Shown piece after piece: positions 56,892 through 64,000 of a stretch of 64,000 nt of DNA. A program made the translations under genes and the position numbers. Position 1 is the stretch's first letter; each line of letters opens with the position of its first letter. Under the pieces are notes generated by a model that saw nothing but the letters and a program-made list of their open reading frames with translations, was not told the origin of the DNA and searched no databases. Location of the stretch: IMG/VR virus record IMGVR_UViG_3300037067_013379, positions 13,497-77,496 of that record. One strand, 5' to 3'. The stretch is from a virus (taxonomy: Duplodnaviria; Caudoviricetes).

Positions 56892-57947
56892 ATGCCTACA
56901 AGGACGTTCCGTCACACTACCGAGGAAAACGACATGGAAGCCACGGACACAAAGAAAACCGGACAGATGGCTATCAACCATGCTGCCCGGATAGACCGCG
57001 CGCTCACCGTTGGCGGGTACCTCACCTCGGCCGACGGCCGGTACAAGGAATCAACGGCGAACCTGTACGCGGCAGCATGGAGCGCGTTCGTTGACTGGTG
57101 CCAAAGCGCCGGTCGAACCGCCATGCCCGCGACCCCCGAGACGATAGCCACGTACGCCGTTCATCTGCTCGACGCCGGATATGTACCCGACACGATCAAG
57201 TGTCGGATCACGGCGATCAGGGCACGGCACCGAATCATGGGCCACCCCGTACCGGACAACGTCCCGGCCTGGACCGTGCTCTGTGGGGCGGAGTCTAGTC
57301 GCGTCCGGCCCGTGGTCAATGGCATCACCCGAACGGATCTCCTGACGGCAATTCGGTCATGCCCGAACACCACCCTCGGTATCCGGAACCGGGCGCTCGC
57401 CCTCCTCACCTGGGACGTCCTACTCCCCCTCCCGGACATCGTCGCCCTCGACGTCGACGACATCACCGACCCATGGGACGAGACCCCGATGACGATCCGA
57501 ACCACCCCGGCACGCGACATCGCCCACGACCACACCACGGCCCTCGACGTCGAGTGCCAGCGCTGCCACGCCGGCCGTGAACGGGCCGCAGGCGACACGT
57601 CGGCGTGCCCAGCGTGCGCGATACGCGCATGGGTCCGGGAACTCCACCTCGCCGGTATCCGCCATGGCGCACTGTTCCGCCCGGTCGACCGGTTGGGTGT
57701 GATCGCCGGGTCCGGGATACGCAGGTCGGGAAGCACCGCGCCGGACGCCCGGCTCACCGTCCGCTCGGTGCACCGCGTCTGGGCGCGTCTCGTAGCCGAC
57801 TCCGGCATCACCCCATGTACCCCACGGGCACTCCGCCTCGGCGGAGCCCGGGACCGGGTCGACCGGGGCGAACCCGTCCGGTCCGTCATCGACCGGGCCT
57901 CGTGGTCCCCGAACACGGCCTCGGTCGTAACTCGTCTCGCGATGTAA
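56892..57947 (+). CDS. Cre-like tyrosine recombinase homolog lacking catalytic residues
   Basis: SAM-like N-domain (TANLY..AW..F..WC, PATPETI..Y), GIRNRAL, CPACAIRAW and LFRPVD. The expected catalytic R, H and Y are replaced. The true start may be ~56932. Confidence 0.75.
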   Translation: MPTRTFRHTTEENDMEATDTKKTGQMAINHAARIDRALTVGGYLTSADGRYKESTANLYAAAWSAFVDWCQSAGRTAMPATPETIATYAVHLLDAGYVPDTIKCRITAIRARHRIMGHPVPDNVPAWTVLCGAESSRVRPVVNGITRTDLLTAIRSCPNTTLGIRNRALALLTWDVLLPLPDIVALDVDDITDPWDETPMTIRTTPARDIAHDHTTALDVECQRCHAGRERAAGDTSACPACAIRAWVRELHLAGIRHGALFRPVDRLGVIAGSGIRRSGSTAPDARLTVRSVHRVWARLVADSGITPCTPRALRLGGARDRVDRGEPVRSVIDRASWSPNTASVVTRLAM

Positions 57948-58137
57948 TCTTGTCCCGCCCATCAACGCGACCGGCCCCGGAACCCTGGGGCCGGTCGTTC
58001 GCGTAGGGGATGATGTTGCCGGGCCTCCTTGGTCCGGCCGGTCGCCGGTGTCGGGCAGTGACGTGGCGACCGGCCCCACACCACTAGCGCAACACCTACG
58101 CTTGCCCTAACGCTCATGGTGTGGCACCATCAACGCC

Positions 58138-58503
58138 ATGGAAACCGCGACGAACACCCAGACGATTCCCCAGCCGGAGACGGTCACCCCGATCGAGGTC
58201 GACATCACCACCGGGGCCGAGTATCCAGACCACCTGTGGCGCGACGTCACGGCCACGATCGACGCGGCCGAGGCCGAGGTCATCAAGGCCAGGACGATCA
58301 AGCGGCAGGCCGACGCTGCCTATGAGGCCGCGATGGCGCAGCGCGAAGCCGTCCAGGCCCCCCGTGACCAGATGATCGCCACGGACCGGCGCACGCCGGC
58401 CCAGGTCGGCCGTCTCGCCGGGATCGGCCGTGCCCGGTGCTCCCAGATCCGTATGGCCATTCTGCGGAAGACGGCGGAGACCACGGCTGGGGTAGCCGAG
58501 TGA
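58138..58503 (+). CDS. Hypothetical protein with a C-terminal HTH
   Basis: TPAQVGRLAGIGRARCSQI; probably leaderless. Confidence 0.6.
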   Translation: METATNTQTIPQPETVTPIEVDITTGAEYPDHLWRDVTATIDAAEAEVIKARTIKRQADAAYEAAMAQREAVQAPRDQMIATDRRTPAQVGRLAGIGRARCSQIRMAILRKTAETTAGVAE

Positions 58504-58922
58504 GCCTCCTCGTCGCTACCCGTGGCCTGCCCGGGTCCGGTAAGACCACCCGTGCCCGGTTGTGGGTCGCGGAGAGTCCCCGTACCCGGTGCCGGGTCAA
58601 CCGTGATGACTTTCGGGTGATGTTCCACGCGATGCGCTTCTCCGGCATGCCGGAGTGCGAGCGCGCCGTGACGGAGGCCCAGTACCCGGTGATCCGCGCG
58701 CTTCTGACGGCCGGGTTCGATGTCGTCTCCGATGACACCTGGTTGAACGAGGAGCAGTTCCAGGTGCTCACGACCCTGGCGGACAACGTCGGGGCGGACG
58801 TCGAGGTGTGGGACATGCGGGATGTCCTGCCAGATGTGTGCATCGAGCGGGACGCGGCCAGGGGTGCGTTGGTCGGGTCGGAGGCGATCATCGACATGTA
58901 CCGGCGGTACATCCACGAGTAG
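58500..58922 (+). CDS. AAA_33 / polynucleotide kinase-like P-loop kinase
   Basis: GLPGSGKT, VNRDDFR, VSDDT and CIERDAAR. Confidence 0.8.
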   Translation: MSLLVATRGLPGSGKTTRARLWVAESPRTRCRVNRDDFRVMFHAMRFSGMPECERAVTEAQYPVIRALLTAGFDVVSDDTWLNEEQFQVLTTLADNVGADVEVWDMRDVLPDVCIERDAARGALVGSEAIIDMYRRYIHE

Positions 58923-59065
58923 ACGGATTGGACGTCGAGGGGGCATTTCATGGTGGGATGTCCCCTTTCATCTACCCAAAAACGTTAGGGGGTACGAACC
59001 TATTGCGCGCGGGGTTGCGCAACCCTTACACTAGGGGGGTCAACACGCGAACCCGGGAGGAAACC

Positions 59066-59593
59066 ATGTCGAACACAACCGCCACCCAGTACCTCGCCAA
59101 GGCCCGCCAGCACGAGCAGGACGCCATCGACTCCTTCGATCGCTGCGACACGGACGGCTGCGTCTCCCAGTGGGCGTCCGGTGTCATGGCCGAGGAGGCC
59201 CGCCTCAACGCCTACCTCGCCGACCGGGACGGCAAGGACGACTTCGCCGCGCTGTTCGACCTCGACGGCAACCTCGTCGCGGCGAAACTCATCCCCACCA
59301 AGTACGGCCTGTGCTGGGGAATCCTCACCACCGACGACCCGTCGTCCAGCATCACCCAGTTCATCGGGGCCTTCCCGAAGCGCGCCGCGACCATGACCCG
59401 CAAGGGCTTCTACGAGGGCACCGTCCGCTGCCCCGCCCACGTCGCGATGTCCGGCTCCGGAACCGGCCTCTCTGGCGCGCTCACCGTCCGCCCCTACACC
59501 ACCCGGAACGACCGGGGCTTCTCCAGCGACGTCGAGATCATCGACAACGGGCACGGGTCGAAGCCCGAGCGTCCCGGCTGGCACCGGTCCTGA
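59066..59593 (+). CDS. Hypothetical phage protein
   Basis: GGGAGG RBS; strong codon bias. Confidence 0.75.
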   Translation: MSNTTATQYLAKARQHEQDAIDSFDRCDTDGCVSQWASGVMAEEARLNAYLADRDGKDDFAALFDLDGNLVAAKLIPTKYGLCWGILTTDDPSSSITQFIGAFPKRAATMTRKGFYEGTVRCPAHVAMSGSGTGLSGALTVRPYTTRNDRGFSSDVEIIDNGHGSKPERPGWHRS

Positions 59594-59938
59594 CCCCCAC
59601 CGACCACGACGGCCCCCGGCGACCCCGGGGGCAGTTCGCACGCAGTCCGAAAGGATGAGCGCTACAACTTGCGACCCCCTAACGCACCGGGTAACGTGTT
59701 CCATGTCAACACAAACCGGCACGAACAAGGGAGAACAGACATGCTCGCCATTACCGCCAGCGCCTTCGACCCGATCGCCTTCGTCACCCAGACCCGCCAG
59801 TTCGCGATGCTCGTCGACGACTACGCGGCCCTCGACGTCGACACCACCTCCGCCGTTGCCTGGGCCGGTCAGGGCTTCACCCCGGACGAGGCCCGCCCAT
59901 GGATCGACCACGGCTTCACCCCGGAGCGCGCCGGTCAC

Positions 59939-61302
59939 CAGTTACCTCCAAGGAAGCCCCTGGATTTATCCATGGGGAGGAATTGGACTTCCCGCGTCAG
60001 CGGGATCTGAATAGGCGACCGCGAAAGCGGTAGCCGTTCCTTAGCCGTGATCTCGCACCTTGGTAAAATTGGTGCATGCGAACGGCGTACAAATGTCGGG
60101 CCTACCCGACCCCCGACCAGGTGGCGGTACTCAACCGCACCTTCGGGTGTGTGCGCTACGTGTGGAACAACGTCCTGAACTGGCGCCACCAGCGCTGGCA
60201 CGTCGAGCACCAGTCGACCTCGTACGCGGAATCCGACCGGCACCTGACCGAACTCAAGAAATTGCCGGACTCCGCGTTTCTGGGTGAGGTGTCGTCGGTT
60301 CCGTTGCAGCAGACCCTGCGACACCAGCACACGGCGATGACCGCGTTCTGGCAGAAACGCGCCCGCTACCCAAGGTTCAAGTCCCGCCATGGTCGGCAGT
60401 CCGCGTCGTACACCCGCTCTGGTTTCCGGTGGCGTGGTGGGGAGTTGTTCCTGGCGAAGACCAGCGGGGCCCTGCCGTTTGTGTGGTCCTGGCCGAACAT
60501 TGACCCCGCCACCCTTGATCCGACGATGGTGACCGTGTCCCGCGACCCGGATGGCCGCTGGTATGTGACCCTCGCCGTGGACGTCGACGCCCCCGAACCA
60601 GTGGAGCCGACAGCTGGCCCGGTTGGGGTCGACCTCGGGTTGAAGCACTTCGCGGTGCTGTCGACCGGGGAGAAGATCGCGCACCCGAGGCACATGGAGG
60701 CCCGGGAACGCAGGTTGAAGCACTACCAGCGGATCCTGGCCCGCAAACAGCGCGGTTCGAACAACCGGCGGAAGGCCAAGCAGCGGGTGGCCCGCGCCCA
60801 CTCCCGGGTTCGTGACGCCCGCCGGGACTTCCTCCACCAAACCAGCACTCGTCTGGTTCGCACGCACATGGCGATCGCCGTGGAGGACCTGAACGTCGCG
60901 GGTATGGTCCGCAACCACTGCCTGGCGAAAGCCATCTCGCGTACGGGTTGGGCCGAGTTCCGGGGGATGCTCGCGTACAAGGCCCACCGTGACGGCCGCA
61001 CCCTCGCCGTGGTGGACCGCTGGTACCCCAGCTCGAAAACCTGCTCGAACTGTGGGCACCTGTTGGCCCACCTCAGCTTGAGTACGAGGACGTGGCAGTG
61101 CCCGTCCTGCGGCACCCGGCACGACCGGGACCACAACGCCGCTCGGAACATCATGGTCGCGGCCGGGCTGGTCGAGACTGGAAACGCCTGCGGAGCTGGT
61201 GTAAGACACGACGGGAGACCGTCTGTGCGACCGGCTGTGAACCAGGAAACCCAACCTGTGAAGGTGGGAATCCCCCGGCTTTAGCCGTGGGGAGCAAGTC
61301 AA
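59939..61302 (+). mobile_element. Non-autonomous IS200/IS605-family (IS1341-type) element inserted 3' of TCAC
   Basis: Left-end hairpin GAAG-CCCCTGG..CCATGGGG; right-end GAAT-CCCCCGGC..GCCGTGGGG..TCAA; no tnpA; no target duplication. Confidence 0.85.
60076..61284 (+). CDS. tnpB: TnpB RNA-guided endonuclease
   Basis: HTH AYKCRAYP, RuvC GVDLG / AVEDL / DRDHNAA, and Zn finger CSNCG..CPSCG. Confidence 0.95.
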   Translation: MRTAYKCRAYPTPDQVAVLNRTFGCVRYVWNNVLNWRHQRWHVEHQSTSYAESDRHLTELKKLPDSAFLGEVSSVPLQQTLRHQHTAMTAFWQKRARYPRFKSRHGRQSASYTRSGFRWRGGELFLAKTSGALPFVWSWPNIDPATLDPTMVTVSRDPDGRWYVTLAVDVDAPEPVEPTAGPVGVDLGLKHFAVLSTGEKIAHPRHMEARERRLKHYQRILARKQRGSNNRRKAKQRVARAHSRVRDARRDFLHQTSTRLVRTHMAIAVEDLNVAGMVRNHCLAKAISRTGWAEFRGMLAYKAHRDGRTLAVVDRWYPSSKTCSNCGHLLAHLSLSTRTWQCPSCGTRHDRDHNAARNIMVAAGLVETGNACGAGVRHDGRPSVRPAVNQETQPVKVGIPRL

Positions 61303-61527
61303 CACGCGAACAACTTCCGCGACCCCGAGGACGCGGCCCGGCGTGACGCGCTTCGCGCCGCTGGCTGGGTCGGCTACCGTTACTAGCACCTGTCCCGCGT
61401 CAACCGGCCCCCGGCACACACCGGGGGCCGTTGGCGTTCCGGTGGTACGGTCGCGGCCGGTAGGTCACACCGGTCGTGTCCCCCGGGAATCTACGGCCCC
61501 GGGGGACACCACCAGGCGCGTAAGGGC

Positions 61528-61556
61528 TTGTAACCCCCTAGCGCACCGGGTAGTCT
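61528..61556 (+). promoter_or_regulatory. Promoter TTGTAA-N17-TAGTCT with a CCCCCTAGCGC operator
   Basis: ATG lies 6 nt downstream (leaderless). Confidence 0.65.
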
Positions 61557-61562
61557 GCCGGT

Positions 61563-61862
61563 ATGACGCAGACAAGCACCAGCCCGGCAGACCGCGCGAA
61601 GGCCCGGGTCGCCACGTACCCCACACCCCAACTCGTCGAGGCGCTCGTCACGGTCGACGCGGCCCCGTCGAGCCCGGAGAACTCCACCGTCCGGCACTGG
61701 CTCATCGCCGAGGTGGAGCGCCGGTTCCCGGCCGCGTCGGACGCTGTCGAGGCCGCGTTCCTGGCCAGCGAGTTGGAGGAGGAGCGGACCGGCGAACCGG
61801 CCCCGGCCGTGGACTACGTCGCCGTGCTCGTCGCGAACATCCCGGCGTCCTCCCTGATCTGA
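61563..61862 (+). CDS. Hypothetical protein
   Basis: Promoter upstream; hairpin at 61877-61905 downstream. Confidence 0.7.
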   Translation: MTQTSTSPADRAKARVATYPTPQLVEALVTVDAAPSSPENSTVRHWLIAEVERRFPAASDAVEAAFLASELEEERTGEPAPAVDYVAVLVANIPASSLI

Positions 61863-62037
61863 CCAGTCCGACAACGACGGCCCCCGGCACGCGACCGGGG
61901 GCCGTTGCCATATCCGGCGGAAGGCCAGTACGAATCAGACCAAAAGGACCACGCTAGAACTTGTGACCCACTAGCGTTAGGGGGTACGGTGGTATTACGC
62001 AACGGGGGGCGACCCCCACGAACGAAGGAGACCAGCC

Positions 62038-62427
62038 ATGGCCGCTCGCCCAACCACCGTCCAGGAAACCGCCCTCGTCAACGCCATGAACACCAACCGC
62101 CTCGGCGACGCGACCATCTACGCCGACCGCACCCTCGCCACCATGCAACGCAACGGCTGGATCACCCGCCCCGACACCTACACCTACCGCGTCACCCCGA
62201 GCGCGGCCCTCGTCCTCGGCCGCTTCACCCTCGCCGACCAGTACCGGCGTGAAGACCTCCTCGCCACCGACCCCAAGGCCCAGCGCCAGGCCACCATCAT
62301 CGACCAGGCCCGCGAGTCCGGCATCCACGCGTTCGCCCAGGCCGGAATCACCGAGACCGTGTCGATCAGCGTCGAGGACCTCGCCCGCCTCCTCGCCGCG
62401 ACCCGCACCCAGGCATACGCCGCGTAG
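62038..62427 (+). CDS. Hypothetical protein
   Basis: AAGGAG RBS; hairpin at 62446-62474. Confidence 0.75.
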   Translation: MAARPTTVQETALVNAMNTNRLGDATIYADRTLATMQRNGWITRPDTYTYRVTPSAALVLGRFTLADQYRREDLLATDPKAQRQATIIDQARESGIHAFAQAGITETVSISVEDLARLLAATRTQAYAA

Positions 62428-62580
62428 ACCACCACCAACCCGCCCACGGCCCCCGGCACTCCACCGGGGGCCGTTGCCACACCCAACGACACCAGCACAC
62501 CCCGAACGACCCGCAGCGGCCCCGTGGGACATCCCCGAGAAGACCCCCCGCTGTAAGCCCAAACGTATGAGTGCTACAAC

Positions 62581-62609
62581 TCGACAACCCCTAACGCCAC
62601 GGGTAGCGT
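62581..62609 (+). promoter_or_regulatory. Promoter TCGACA-N17-TAGCGT with a CCCCTAACGC operator
   Basis: ATG lies 7 nt downstream; near-identical copy at 45994-46022. Confidence 0.7.
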
Positions 62610-62616
62610 ATGGGGC

Positions 62617-63414
62617 ATGACGCAGAACACGAACGACATCGCCCGGACCGTCGGCAACCTCACCGCCCTGATCCGCCGGACCACCGGCGTCATCCGCGAC
62701 AACCACGCCCGCGCGCTCACCGACCACGTCTCCCTCGACCTGGTCTGCCTACTCGTCGCGGCATCCGACCGCTACCACGCGGCCGAGCGCGCCCTGGACG
62801 AGGCCGACGCGACCATGTCCCGCGCGATGGACGCGGTACGCGACGCGGCCCGAACCGACACCGGCCGGAACCGACACCGGCCGGAACGTCTCCTACGCGA
62901 TCGCGACGATCGCGACCACGGCGCGTACGTACGTGATCGCCCTCAACCGGGGAAGAGACAAGGAACGGGCACTGGCCCAGGAGTTGTTCATCGAGGCGAC
63001 CAGCGACGTCACCGACCTGATGTACACCACCGAGGGCCGCGCCGAGGTGCCGACCCCGGCCCCGGGACGGTCACGTACCACACCATGGAGATCAACACGG
63101 TGCGGACCGGGTTCGACCCGGCCTGGACCGACGACCCCGAGATCATGTTCGCCCGGGACTGGTGCGTTCACCTGGTCGGCCCCGATGACCTCATCCCCAT
63201 GCCCGACTACGCCACGGCGGACCGGGCCGCGACCCGCTTCAACCGCTGGTGGCAGGACTACCGGGCACGGCGCAAGGAACAGGAAGACGTCGACCTCCCC
63301 GAGACCCCCGCGATCGTCCGCCCGTGGCCGTACGACGCGGACGACCCGAACGGGCACGCCAAGGCCCTGTCCGACCTCCGCGCGGACGACCCGGAGGGGT
63401 GGTTGTCGGCATGA
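62617..63414 (+). CDS. Hypothetical protein with an internally frameshifted segment
   Basis: 16-bp tandem duplication at 62852-62887. The shifted frame reads protein-like until ~63065. Confidence 0.55.
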   Translation: MTQNTNDIARTVGNLTALIRRTTGVIRDNHARALTDHVSLDLVCLLVAASDRYHAAERALDEADATMSRAMDAVRDAARTDTGRNRHRPERLLRDRDDRDHGAYVRDRPQPGKRQGTGTGPGVVHRGDQRRHRPDVHHRGPRRGADPGPGTVTYHTMEINTVRTGFDPAWTDDPEIMFARDWCVHLVGPDDLIPMPDYATADRAATRFNRWWQDYRARRKEQEDVDLPETPAIVRPWPYDADDPNGHAKALSDLRADDPEGWLSA

Positions 63415-63671
63415 CCGAGCGCGGGTTCACGTCATTCCGCACCGAGGCGGACGTCACCGAGGAACTCCTCGACATCGTCCGGTCGGTGGTTCGGTGCCAC
63501 TACCAACCCGGCACCGGCTGCATGAACATGGTCGACGTCGCTGACCGGGTCGAGGATCACGTCCTTGACAACGGCACACACCCGGATCTCGGCGACAACA
63601 TGGTGTCCCCAGCGATGAAGAGGATCACGGACTTCGCCCTCCGGGCACGCCGTGACCTCGTAGGGACCTGA
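63411..63671 (+). CDS. Hypothetical protein
   Basis: ATGA overlap. Confidence 0.6.
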   Translation: MTERGFTSFRTEADVTEELLDIVRSVVRCHYQPGTGCMNMVDVADRVEDHVLDNGTHPDLGDNMVSPAMKRITDFALRARRDLVGT

Positions 63672-63675
63672 CGCC

Positions 63676-63858
63676 GTGGCGACCGGGCGTTCCTGGGGTA
63701 ACCGTCGGATCACCCCGGCGAAGGCACAACACGCGATCGATGCCCTGATGGCGCTGGTCGAGACCGGCGACTGGGCGGGCCTCGACCCAGACGTCAAGAC
63801 CGCGATCAACGACGCGTGCGAGGCGCTCACGGCGGTTCGCGAGTCGACAAGGATCTGA
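63676..63858 (+). CDS. Small hypothetical protein
   Basis: Followed by a hairpin at 63877-63905. Confidence 0.5.
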   Translation: MATGRSWGNRRITPAKAQHAIDALMALVETGDWAGLDPDVKTAINDACEALTAVRESTRI

Positions 63859-64000
63859 CACCCTGCCCTTCCCCGTACGGCCCCCGGTTCGCCCCCGGGG
63901 GCCGTCGTCGTATTGGGGCCACGGGCGGCCCCAGCGTCCCGCCACGGCCCGAACGGGGGGGTCCGCGTATGTCCGGACCCCCCGGTATTTCGTGACGCCA

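Larger units (their letters stand above)
59741..61386 (+). pseudogene. 93-aa gene interrupted by the IS (59741-59938 + 61303-61386)
   Basis: Removing 59939-61302 joins ...ERAGH to HANNFRDPEDAARRDALRAAGWVGYRY* in frame. Confidence 0.75.

Noticed and set aside
59939-60075. IS as a self-splicing IStron
   Set aside because: The left end is only ~137 bp with no group I intron core, and the element ends in TCAA.
1-64000. tRNA, rRNA, att sites or genome termini
   Set aside because: None recognisable by eye; the window begins mid-gene and no terminal repeat was seen. A tRNAscan run would be needed to exclude tRNAs.

Overview
The window is most of the genome of a tailed (siphovirus-type) actinobacteriophage or prophage with high GC content; the host is probably a filamentous actinomycete (inference). 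The left ~36 kb is a virion module: terminase, portal, MuF with an intein, prohead protein, two capsid proteins, adaptor, tail chaperones, tape measure, minor tail proteins and amidase endolysin. It is interrupted by a glycosyltransferase/methyltransferase/NDP-sugar epimerase cluster and a plasmid-like replication initiator. The right arm has no recognisable DNA polymerase, helicase or intact integrase. It instead carries a Streptomyces-plasmid/AICE-like transfer module (FtsK/TraB translocase, Spd-like membrane proteins, a ~750 bp array of about 60 GTAC-core repeats next to the operon promoter, and a GGDEF diguanylate cyclase). It also holds RecT-like and Cas4-like recombination genes, a Cre-like recombinase lacking catalytic residues, a TnpB-only IS200/IS605 element and many small promoter-gene-terminator cassettes. 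The best candidate for a new system is a conjugative phage-plasmid hybrid. Other highlights are a nuclease gene encoded antisense inside the MuF intein and a free-standing inverted copy of the rep-internal origin-like region with a near-perfect 31-bp palindrome. All family calls come from motif recognition by eye; no database search was run, and repeat counts are manual and approximate.
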